64,000 bases of DNA. Origin: Eledone cirrhosa (lineage: Eukaryota). Where the stretch lies: NCBI GenBank assembly GCA_964016885.1, contig OZ024743.1:238018001-238082000 (forward strand). The letters run 5' to 3'. Below the pieces are notes generated by a model, which ran no database searches, was not told the DNA's origin, and saw only the letters and a list, made by a program, of their open reading frames with translations. This document shows, piece by piece, positions 12,600 through 24,774 of the stretch. Made by a program: the position numbers and the translations under genes. The first letter of the stretch is position 1. Each line of letters opens with the position of its first letter.

Positions 12600-13760
12600 G
12601 GTTATATGATTATTTTCTTTATCTTTCTGACTTTTTTTATATATTTATAACAGTTTTTTTAAAAACATATTTCTCTTATAAAATTCTACCTATCTATAAA
12701 ATTCTTGTGTACACCCTATCCCACTTTACCATTAGAATCTTTAAAAACACTGTTAATAATAAATATCTGGAATACGTTCCAACTCAGACTGATTGGGGTG
12801 ACTTTCGTTCTTAAGCGTAGGGACGGGGAGTTTGGACCACATTCCTGGAGTGGTTGGAAATTATAAAGGTTTCCCTGTTCTCATTTTATGATATACTCGG
12901 AACGGGTGGTGGATTCCCGGACCCAATGCGGGCACGTGGTCACCACCGAGGTCTGATTAGAACCCTTAACCACGCTTCTTCCTGTATATTAGTATAGAAT
13001 CACATTACACTGTAAAATCTAATATAAACCCAACCTTAGTTAACCAAACCGAACCGAACATTGACCTTTCTTAACTTTGTCCATTCCAAGATAATTGTAT
13101 AACTTCCTCATTAAGATCATTAACATAACTCCTACTATTAATTATCTGCTGTACGTGACTACACTGACTGACTCCAGAGACTTCCATTTCTATCTTTTTG
13201 CCACTATCATTTATATACATATTCTAGTTCCTTTATTTCTTCAATTAGGATAATAACCGCTATTATTTATCTGATTTATGCTGCACAACCAACTAAATAA
13301 TCTTTTTTTTTTTTTTTATACAGTGATTGTTATAGGCATACATATGTGGATTTGGGATTTCACCTCAGCCCTGTATATCCTTTAGCACTATCAACTGGAG
13401 ATCTATTCAGCATATTTTTCTGTAATTTGATACCCCTTACAGCAGGGACCCGCGTACCTTGTAGGCTTATTTAGAATTTTTTCGTAACCGTAATACAATT
13501 TTCTGTTAGTTGACCTATATACTAAAGGGCTTCACTGATAGGGTTATGTGTGTTAAAATTTCCCAGTTCCATGTTATGGAAAGAAGTTGTGGTGAATCTT
13601 TGGAATAGTGCTTAATAAATATTAATGGCCCTAATAATTGTTCCAATGTTCAAAATTGGCCTGCCAATGGAATATGTTGCACACACCTGCCTTACAGCCA
13701 AAACCAAACTGATCTATCTAATGGTACCAGCCTCTAGTAAAGATGAATACATTATAGTAG
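12600..13760 (-). mobile_element. Highly decayed LINE RT remnant
   Basis: Only a YNYLG-like motif near 13080-13105 and weak RT-like fragments. Confidence 0.3.
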
Positions 13761-14228
13761 TAAGTTGCCTAGTGCTGATATTACATCCCCACTACCTAAC
13801 AAACTGTCTACCCATACACCAATAAAATAATCATTTATTTATTCAGGGGCAGTCAGTCTAAATGAATGGACGTAGGCTGCCCCTGAATCAAATATCTCTA
13901 ATTTCATTTTTTATTCTTTGTCTCCATGTACCCAGCTTGTGTTACCATGATTCCATTATGATTGTTATGCAATACTCCTGATAATGTTGCTGGAATTTTA
14001 CTGGCCATTGAAATATATATAGTGTCTGCAGAAATAAATACTTTGAGGGAATCAACTTTCCGGGCTCTTCTCACTTTATTCAATAATATTTAACTCCGCA
14101 CCACCAACAGATTCTTACACCAAACATGATTGAGTTGCATCATGTTGAGTGCTTTTCGTACTATTGCATCATGGTTAACAATACGGAATGATCAGTTCTA
14201 TCCAGTGGTGAATCACCAACTTCAATGA

Positions 14229-14313
<85 letters not shown>

Positions 14314-14378
14314 CACACACACTATGTAGCTGGGTGGTAGTGGCGTTTAACAGGTCAACGTTGTGAAAAGAAGATTTC

Positions 14379-14412
<34 letters not shown>

Positions 14413-14539
14413 TATGTATCGGTTTGCTTATATGTGTGCTTCATCCTTAGATCCTTATGTATAATATAATGGGGGCAATTACATATATAAGTTTTCGTTT
14501 ATATTTGTTAATGAATAGTTTTTCTTTATGTATTCTCTG

Positions 14540-15660
14540 CTGTTTTGTGAAAGAGTCTGAGCACTTATAAAGGGGGTGGGAGGGGATTTTAAAGTTGGGT
14601 AGGATCATTCCTGCACATGTGGTTACTCGGGGTGATTTTTCTCTTGTTTTCGTCTCGGATTTGTTGGTGATGGAAGGTCATTCTTTTGCATAATGACACC
14701 CCGTCTCTCCTATGTAGTTATGCCGACATCCACTGCATGTGATTACATAGATCAAGTTCTCTGAGTTGCAGGTGGAGTTGTTTTTCACTATAAATGTTTA
14801 GCCGTCTTTAAATGTGAATTCTTGTCCTTCGATTAAGTATAGGCATGTGACACAGTTTGTTCTTCTGCATTTTATCACAGTAGGGTTTGGTATATGTTTG
14901 TGTATTTTTGTTCCAACGAGAATGTGTTTTAGTGATTTGGGTTGTCTTTTACTTTTGAAGATTTTCTAGGATTTTTTTCATTTTTCCATCTTCAAATAGA
15001 GCGAGGTATTTTTGTGGAGGTGGACGAACAATTCAGTGTTTCTGGGGTTGTTCTTGATTTTGTGTTTTGGTTTAAGTTCGTGGAAATCTGCGTGCTTTGC
15101 TCTGTCTATTCCGTTATTAAGAATGTCAAGTGGGAAAGCTCATAGGGTAAGTATGTTTTTTAGTTCATTTAGTCTTTGCTCCTGTTTAGTTGGGTCTGAT
15201 ACTATAATGCATATCCGTTTGGCTAAGTTTAAAGGAATATTTAGTTTTGTATGTTTTGGGTGACTTGGTGTGAAGAGAAGGTACTTTTTGGAGTCCGTGG
15301 TTTTATAAAAGGTGTCGGCTTCTATTTTCCCGTCTGCTTTTTTGTAATTGGGATATCTAAGAAGGATAATTCCTTGGGGTTGGGTTCCATTGTGAATTGT
15401 ATGTTGTTGTTTATGTTGTTTATCATATTCGTTTTAATTCAGTGAATGTATTCAGGTTTTCCTGTCATAGTATAAAGCTATCGCCTAGGTATCTCTCGCA
15501 GTTGATTTGAGATAGATGTGTATGGAAAGTGTCTCCGAATAGTAGTAGGGAGTAACTGTAGAGTTTTTGTTCGTAGAATTCCATGACTAAGCTGGTGGTG
15601 GTAATTGCCTGTATTTGTTTGTCGAGGAGTTACAGGCATCGTTTATGAGTTTGTATTTGT
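14540..15660 (-). mobile_element. Decayed Penelope-like element (RT C-terminus + GIY-YIG)
   Basis: Minus strand gives YVITCSGCRHNYIGETG near 14700-14750 and a FLDI motif near 15355-15370. Confidence 0.75.
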
Positions 15661-15705
15661 GGATCTTCGTGAAGGCGTAAAAGATATTCGTTATATATAT
15701 ACGTG

Positions 15706-15746
<41 letters not shown>

Positions 15747-15800
15747 TAAAAAAATAATGAATAAAACAATGAAACAGTTCCTTATATTAAACAAAAAAAG

Positions 15801-15955
15801 TTCATTATTTAACGATCGTTTCTAGGATATATATGTGTTAGAATTGGCATGCATATTCAACAGATCTATGTACAAAATTATACAAAATTATACAAACTAT
15901 CAAAATTAAATATACATACCAAACACATATATATGCCGTCTTCAGAAATAATGAA
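15801..15955 (-). ncRNA. Type I hammerhead ribozyme in pseudo-LTR
   Basis: ttcattattt CTGAAGA cggcatatatatgtg...cacatatatatccta GAAA cgatcg TT aaataatgaa; 10-bp stem I. Confidence 0.8.
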
Positions 15956-16249
15956 ATATATTTATTGATAATAACAACAATTCAAAATTTCAGGTCCGTT
16001 TGGGAACAGAGTTCAAATTGACCAATGAAAATACAAAAAATTTTATGCAGTTTGGTGTGTGTACATACATGTAATTAACTTCGCACACATATTTACATAA
16101 AGATATATGTTCACATGCATACGCATGCCAAAAAGATGTATGCAAATACAAAAATTCAAGGCTAATGTCTCTGTAAGTTTATAATCCACAGATAAAATGC
16201 GTATAGACACATAAATATGAAATAAATGTATACACACATTCATATACTC

Positions 16250-16563
16250 ATACATATTCGTACACTCACACACACACGCGCGTATATGCATAAACATACA
16301 CATAACTACGAACATACATACACACACACACCCCCACACACATATATATGTGTGCATATAGTATTATCATAAGCATATGGATATTAATGCACGCACATAA
16401 ACACTGCCACACATATTTAGATCAGGATACAGAAATTAGGTGGGAGGGGGGGGGGAGAGGTCAGTATTCAACGGTTTCGGCAGACTGCCTATTTATAGAT
16501 GTATCTATAAACTTAGAAATAAAAAGAAAAGAAAAAGAAAAAAGAAAAAAGAAATATATCAAG

Positions 16564-16633
<70 letters not shown>

Positions 16634-17035
16634 CACACATACACACACACACACACACATATATATACATATACATATATATATACACATATATACACAC
16701 ATACATATATATATACACATATATATACACATATATACACACACATATATACACACACATATATATATACACATATACATACACACACATATATATATAC
16801 AAACAAGTAAAATATAAAGTATACATCGATATACATACATATAGACATATAAATAAATACACACGCATACACACACATACATATACATACATATACATAC
16901 ACATATATATAAACACATACATACACATACATATACATACACATACCATATAAATACACATACACATACACAGACGCATACATATAGAGACACATACATA
17001 TACACATATAAATACATAGACACATACACACATAA

Positions 17036-17079
<44 letters not shown>

Positions 17080-17127
17080 TTACACACATATATACACATA
17101 CACGCATACATATATATATATATACAC

Positions 17128-17175
<48 letters not shown>

Positions 17176-17228
17176 TCACAACACTCGTATATATATACAC
17201 ACTCATACATATACACACATATATACAT

Positions 17229-17269
<41 letters not shown>

Positions 17270-17427
17270 TATATATATATATATACAGTCACATCTACAT
17301 ACACATATATATATAAAAAATACACTCATATATATACACACATACACATACATACCCACATATAAATATATATATATATATACATAAATATATATATATA
17401 TATATACACACATACATACATACACAT

Positions 17428-17488
<61 letters not shown>

Positions 17489-17610
17489 TACACATACATA
17501 CACATACATACATATATACACACATACATATATACTCACACACACACACCTACACATACATACACATACACATATATAAAGATATATATACACACACACA
17601 CACACATATA

Positions 17611-17657
<47 letters not shown>

Positions 17658-18097
17658 CATACATATATACATACATACATACACATACATACATATATAT
17701 ACACACATATACATACAACACACATACACACATACATACATACACACATACATACATACACACACATACATACTCATACATAGACATAGATATATACTCA
17801 CACACACATACGCACTTACATATACGCATATATACAAATACATACACATCCATATATGCGTATATACATACAAACACCACTACACGCTCACACAACTCAG
17901 ACATACAAAGAAAAAGGTATATACATATACATATATACACATATAAATAGAGATACATATACACATATATACATATATATACATATATATATATACACCC
18001 ACACACACGTACAACCATAAACACACATACAAACACATACATACACACATACATACATATATATATACACACACACAAAGACACACATACATATATA

Positions 18098-18161
<64 letters not shown>

Positions 18162-18486
18162 AATATATACATACATACACATACACACACACATATATAG
18201 ACATGCACACACATACATACATACATACATACACATACACATACATATATAAAAAAAAAAAATAAATAAAATAAATAAAATAAAAAATAAATAAATAAGA
18301 TAAATAAAAAATAAATAAATTAATACACACAGTCAGACAAATATGCACACACATACATATACATATATGTATATATATATATATACACACACATACATAC
18401 ACACACACACATACATATATATACACACATACATACACACACACATATATATACATACATATACACACATCAACTACAAATATACA

Positions 18487-18519
<33 letters not shown>

Positions 18520-18569
18520 TATACATATTTTCACATATATATATATACATATATTATATTATAATAATA

Positions 18570-18606
<37 letters not shown>

Positions 18607-18824
18607 TACATATATATACACACACACTCACATATATATGCGCACATACGTACACATATACACATACACACATATACACATAGACATATACATGTGCATA
18701 CATGTACATACACACATATACCCACATAGATACAAAGATACACATATATATAGAGAGACATACATATACATACACATATATACACACACATACATACACA
18801 CATATATATATATATACATACACG

Positions 18825-18866
<42 letters not shown>

Positions 18867-19010
18867 CATACATATGCACATATACATACATATATATACA
18901 CACAATCATACACCCTTATTTGCATGCGCATATATGTATTTTTATACTTACATATAAACACCCAAACATATATACACCTACCTACATATACATACATACA
19001 TACACGCTTA
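16250..19010. repeat. ~2.7-kb compound (TA)n/(CA)n/(TACA)n microsatellite field
   Basis: Seen directly. Confidence 0.95.
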
Positions 19011-20123
19011 CAAATACAAATAATAATAGTAGGGGGGGAAAGGGGGGGGGGAGAAGGGGATTATAGTAAATATATGTTTCAAGAAACATAGAATATTAAT
19101 CTGTATTTGGATCACAATATATGTTTACATAGTTTCAGTATTAGGAAATGCAAGAAAGAAGGCAAAATTATGCATTTCAATATAAGTATACCATTAATTA
19201 TAGGTTAACTAAACTAAAGATAGTTAATATATTGAATTCTAAGGTGTAAATTACTTAGGTTTATAATATTTGAAGCAGAATTTTGAAGTTAAATAGTAGT
19301 AGAGTATTAATTATAGTATAACTAAATTAAAATTATTAACGTTATGGTATCAATATTAGGAAATGAATTTAGTAATAGGGAAAAAACAAATAAAGTATTA
19401 CATCGGTAGTAGAATATAAATTATAGGTTAACTAAATTAAAAATTATATATTAATTTCTATAGTATATGTTAATTAGGTATATAATAAATAAAACAGATA
19501 TTGTATTTTATCAATAGTAGAATATAATTATATGTAAACAGAAATTAAAATTAATACATACACATATACATATACATACATATATATATATACACATATA
19601 TATACATACATACACATACATATATATACATACATATACATATTTTTTCAAAAATTGCAAAGAATATATTAACTAGGTATACATCCAAAACCCATCCCAT
19701 TCCATGATTACATGACACTCTGCAATCCGTCTGTATTAGGATACTAATTTTAGGCCAATTAAATTAAATTTTTAGGTTGACCAAATTTAAAACCAAATTA
19801 TAAATATATTTCTAAAATGTATATTAATTAGGTCTATAATACTAAAAATTATTTCTCTGTCATTGAATACACAATATTTTGTTATATTTTATCTGTAAAG
19901 GAATTTTAATAAAGGGTTAAATAAATTAAAATTAATCTATAAATTAAATTACTAAGTATATATTAGTAATATTTAAAGGTTTTTCACAATTTATGATTAC
20001 ACAATATTTTATATTCTCATCTGTAGTAGAATTTTAATTAAATTAAATTTATAGGTTAACTAACATTTAAATTAAATTATATATTAATTTCTAAAATAAT
20101 GTTATTAATTAGGTTTATAATAT

Positions 20124-21917
20124 TTAAATGTTTTTTTTTAGTTTATGATTACACGATATAATTAATTCCTGTCGTTTATTTAATAGGATATCCTTAGATT
20201 TCATTATTTCAAATAGTTCTTGGGAACATAATCTACATTCATTTCTATTATTTTGATAAGGGGTGGCTCTTTTGAGCACACTCCAGGTCAAATCATATTC
20301 TATATTCCTATTTTTATAACTATTGATTTTTTCTGCTAGAGATGTTGTATTAGCCAGTGCGGCATTTTTAAAACTATCTTTGTGGGTATTAAACCTTGTC
20401 TTAAAATTGTTAGAAGTAGCTCCTATATATGAGCAAATAGAATCTTTAGTTTTAACATTACATTTATAAACTATGTTGTTAACAAGACAATTTCCTTTTA
20501 ATGGGCAGTTTGCTTTGTTTCTACAGTTACAACCTTTCGTTAATTCTGTATTTGAGGAGATATTATGGTTAGTTTGATGTATTGGTGGTATACTTATGGT
20601 TTTCTTACATTTATATGCATTATAGGCACTTATATTTTGTTTTATGTTATTTGTTGTTGAGTATGAGAATTTAACTGTAGACCTATTTAAGATTTGATGG
20701 TATTTGTGGTTTGGCGGGAAGTTTTTCTCTAGGATATAAAAAAATTTTTTAGCAATATTATCCTTAATTTGTAAATTAAATGGAGCATTATACCAAGTAA
20801 CTCGTCTATTACGGTTTCTATGTTGTTTATTATTTTTATTATTTTTATAGGTTGTATCGTGATGTTTACTAGGAGGATTAATGTTAATGATCTCACCACA
20901 ACCATTTTTAGTTATATTTGTAGATTTAGGTGTTTTATCTTTTTTATTAGGAGTTTTATTATTAATATTTATTAGAGTTGTATGATGAGTAGTTTTTTGA
21001 GAGTTACTATATTTTATATTAGAAGATTTGGTATTTTGGGGTATAGTGTGGGTGGCATTTAGGTGTGTACTTTTCATTTGGTGTTTGTTGGTAATATTAG
21101 GTTGTATGTTTTTAGTATTTTTAGTAGAAGGTATATATTCTAATCTATTTTTGTGGCCACTTCTATCTAGAGCTTCGTTATAGAAGGTCGCATTTTTATC
21201 AAATACATCTTGGTTAGAAGAAAGGTTAGAAATTCTAAGTGATATATTATATGCAAGGTTTTTAAGGATAGATTTAGGGTGATTAGATTGTGAGTGTATG
21301 TAATGTAAGTTTTGGTTGGGTTTATGGTAAGGTTGGTAGATACCCGTAGCTAAGTCTAAAGTTATATCTAGGAAATTTACTACTTTACTTGTTTTTTCAA
21401 AAGTAATATGAAGACTATAATAGTCTTTAAGGAAAGTTCTAATATGCTTTTTGTTTTTTTCTATTTCTGAAAGGCTAAGGTTGTTGGAAAGAAGAAGACA
21501 GTCATCACGATATAAACCACCTTTAAGGTGGGGAAAGGAGGCATTTATGTTGAAAAGGAGAAAGAGGCCCACAAGATCAGTAATTTGGGCGGAATCGCTT
21601 GAACCCATAGTAATATCAAATAGATTACTATATGTGTTTCTGGTCCAGTATTCATTCTGAAATTCAATAAGTGTTAGTCTAGCATGTGTAATAATATTAA
21701 TGTCATCCAAAGTTAAGTTAGATCTATTTTTAGCAAATATCAATGCTTTGTTCAGGAGTATAGGTGATATAGAAGAATAGTAATTATCTATATCAAATTG
21801 TAGAAATGAAGCAGAAGATTTACATCTAATATTTTTAAACCAGTTAATTACCTGGGAAGTGTTTTCCCAGAGTGGTAAAATAACGTGTTTTCTTATTTGT
21901 GGGATGACTCTATCCAA
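20124..21917 (-). CDS. Penelope-like RT + GIY-YIG endonuclease, N-terminally truncated, 597 uninterrupted codons
   Basis: FDIDNYYSSI, ITMGS, LYRDD, NFLDITL; CNC...CPL..C linker; IVYKC...YIG; CRLC..E. Confidence 0.9.
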   Translation of the reverse strand: MDRVIPQIRKHVILPLWENTSQVINWFKNIRCKSSASFLQFDIDNYYSSISPILLNKALIFAKNRSNLTLDDINIITHARLTLIEFQNEYWTRNTYSNLFDITMGSSDSAQITDLVGLFLLFNINASFPHLKGGLYRDDCLLLSNNLSLSEIEKNKKHIRTFLKDYYSLHITFEKTSKVVNFLDITLDLATGIYQPYHKPNQNLHYIHSQSNHPKSILKNLAYNISLRISNLSSNQDVFDKNATFYNEALDRSGHKNRLEYIPSTKNTKNIQPNITNKHQMKSTHLNATHTIPQNTKSSNIKYSNSQKTTHHTTLININNKTPNKKDKTPKSTNITKNGCGEIININPPSKHHDTTYKNNKNNKQHRNRNRRVTWYNAPFNLQIKDNIAKKFFYILEKNFPPNHKYHQILNRSTVKFSYSTTNNIKQNISAYNAYKCKKTISIPPIHQTNHNISSNTELTKGCNCRNKANCPLKGNCLVNNIVYKCNVKTKDSICSYIGATSNNFKTRFNTHKDSFKNAALANTTSLAEKINSYKNRNIEYDLTWSVLKRATPYQNNRNECRLCSQELFEIMKSKDILLNKRQELIISCNHKLKKNI

Positions 21918-21942
21918 AATTTTTTTGCTAATTATTCCAATA

Positions 21943-22012
<70 letters not shown>

Positions 22013-22416
22013 AGGGGATTTCATTCGTAACTAATCTATGGAAAAATACTAATGATATTATAAAATGATTTATAAAATTACATAATAAGATGAATGCAAC
22101 ATTTTTGAAATTTGTATTGACAGCTATACATGAATTCCCCCGATCCTTCTAAACAAAGAACTAATAATGGCCTTCATTAATATTACTAGATAGGATATTG
22201 TATGGGCTGTCCGGTCACTGATATAGCATATATATATATAACGTCAATCAACTCAACAGTAAGGGAGTAGTAAATATGAAATTATGTCTAGCGGTATCTA
22301 TACTTGTCTTTGTCCTGGGTACAAATATTCACTTGTTTGTTTGATCTATACATGTGTGAAAATCTACGGTTCTTCCATCCACTAATAGGGAAATATTTAT
22401 TTATACTTTCAAAGAA

Positions 22417-22507
22417 GTCATCTGAAGAGTCTGAACATTTTTAATATTGTCTATTGTATTTAATGGAATCGTCATATTTTCTTATCAGACGAAACTGCAG
22501 TAATGGC
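22417..22507 (+). ncRNA. Type I hammerhead ribozyme, canonical core
   Basis: gtcat CTGAAGA gtctga...tcagac GAAA ctgcag TA atggc. Confidence 0.85.
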
Positions 22508-23930
22508 GAGATTAACGGTAGAGCAGATTTATTTTAGACCGCTTTCTAAGAATCTACCATAGCTAAATTTGTAAATGTTAGTCTATATGTATAAACGTTA
22601 GTCTTAGTGGTATTTACAGAGGCATTACTAGGGGAAATAGTGTCTATGGCAATCAGTGAAATTGTGCCCTTGCCCATCACTGTATTTTTACCAATAGGCC
22701 TAATAATTTATATAAAGGATTTAATGATCCAACCACCATAGTGTTTTCACATAATAATCAGAGATAGATCATATATCTGAAGGAGTTTCTTTTTTAACTC
22801 TCCGACGAGGTTTATTTGACTTTCAAGGACGTGCTCCTGGTTTAATTGGCACCCCCTTCATGTGGCACCTATGAGTGAAAGTGGGGGTGAGAAAAGAAAA
22901 TGTGGAACTTCCTAAAGAGTATCCTCCACCTCCAACAAACTTCCCTTCCACCTCTGGGTCCCGGCCGACAGAATGGAGAATGCATTGCCCCGGTGGACGG
23001 CGAGGGAGACGCTCTAGAACAGCCACTCCACCTTTTGATTATTGGGGTTTGGGTGTTGGACAGTCATGCTATGTCGCCTGCGAGTAGGCGACACAGCATG
23101 ACTACATCATTGTAGGTATACATTCTTAGCATACAATAAAAGCCAACAAGCTTGGGGATTCCGAACTTATGACCTATGCACTTTGAAGGGTGGTAATCCT
23201 TTCCACCTGTCTGTCTCCCTCTCTCTGTTTCTCTCATTATCTCTCTTTCTCTCGCTTTTTTGTGTCTTTAGTGTGTTTCTTTCTTGGCTTTTCTGACTTT
23301 CTCTATTAGGTCTATCTCTGACTGTTCAAAAAAGGGAGCTTCTTATTGTTGCTGAAAGAAAATCGCTATAGGATTGATAACATTTGTAGCTCTTGTTATT
23401 TCGCTTCCATCTGATATGAAACTATATTGTAAGTGTTGAATTTTAAAATATATTAAACTAACACCAACAAAATCAAATACGTTATCAATAAATGCTTTTA
23501 TTTTTGTAAAAATTATTTCGAAATATGAAGTATATATAACTTGGTGATGGTGGAGGTGAGAGTAAACTACTAAAATATTGTGGTAAATCTGTCTCTTCTC
23601 TCCTCTCTGTGTCTCTTTTCTCTACCTATGAGTTTTTTTCTCACCCATCTCTCTAAAGTGCTTCAAACTTTGATGGTGTGTTTGTACTGTATCTTTTAGC
23701 TTACATTTGCAGTTTTTCGTTTTTTATTAGTGTATGTGTGTGTGGTGGGGGGGGGGGGGGGTGTTAGAAGTATTAAAACGAGGCCCATATTCTAAGGTTG
23801 AAATACATTTAATGTCTGTAAGTGTAACAAAGTTTATATACAATATATTTTCTTTTCCCTTTTTCCTTATACAAGTTTACAGCACAAAATCTCATCTGTT
23901 TGTGGGATGAATGCACCATTCTCTTCAGAT

Positions 23931-24014
<84 letters not shown>

Positions 24015-24017
<3 letters not shown>

Positions 24018-24440
24018 TAGTATAGTACCAGTCAAAATTACAGGGTTTATGGTTAAAATATATTCAATTTAATTCCTTGATTAAAACTTACTATGTAAAA
24101 ATGCTTGAATCCACTAGTTTCCTTTAGTGGCATTGGCCATCCCCGTATATCATTTTACATACGTACAGTCAAATCAATTACAGTAATTTTCCCCCATATT
24201 TTCTGTAACCATTGTCAAACCTCTCTCCAAATTTCGTTAACTTTGTCCTACCGATGTGTCTGTCTACGAATATATTTGGTCTGCTATTGGGATTCATGAT
24301 TTGTTGTTATTGTACTTGTCCAAAGATAGGTACACTGGTAATTATACATAAATAACTATAGAAAGACAGTCAAAGAAACAGATAGACAGGCAGATAGATG
24401 GACAGGTAGGTAGTTAGATACATATATAGCTAGAAGGATA
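24015..24440 (-). mobile_element. Helitron-like remnant
   Basis: Ends in CTAG-T next to (TA)n with a weak subterminal hairpin; (CTRT)n near the 5' end. Confidence 0.35.
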
Positions 24441-24774
24441 TGTATATGGGTTTTTAGTGGGTTGGTCATAAGGTTATTTACTCCAGTAAATACCACTGCA
24501 TGCCAACCACTAATTTAATTTGAAAGAAGATATAGAATAACTTTTATGTAATTTTCCTTCGTTAGAATTATCTCTCTTCATTCGAAGTAATAATTGAAGC
24601 ATGACGAATATCTCAAAACGAGTATCAATAACAATTGGTATTTATTGTAGTGCGTGTATTACAATTTGGTAACATAACGTACCTTGTTACATGATTAAAG
24701 TGTAATCCTGAAATACAAGATAGGATTAGAAAAAGCTTAACATATTTGTGCTCGGTGTGGTCAGTTCGAGAAGC

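Larger units (their letters stand above)
15741..21947 (-). mobile_element. Penelope-like element (Neptune-like), 5'-truncated, with a microsatellite block in its 3' region
   Basis: ORF at 20124-21917; terminal 15741-16040 is homologous to 57480-57750 of the sister copy; (TA)n at both ends. Confidence 0.8.

Noticed and set aside
13841-13889. GC-rich hairpin resembling a terminator
   Set aside because: Eukaryotic context; more likely a LINE 3' end stem-loop next to AATAAA repeats
22820-23330. GC-richer segment with short ORFs, possibly an L1/Tx1 3' end
   Set aside because: No convincing motif
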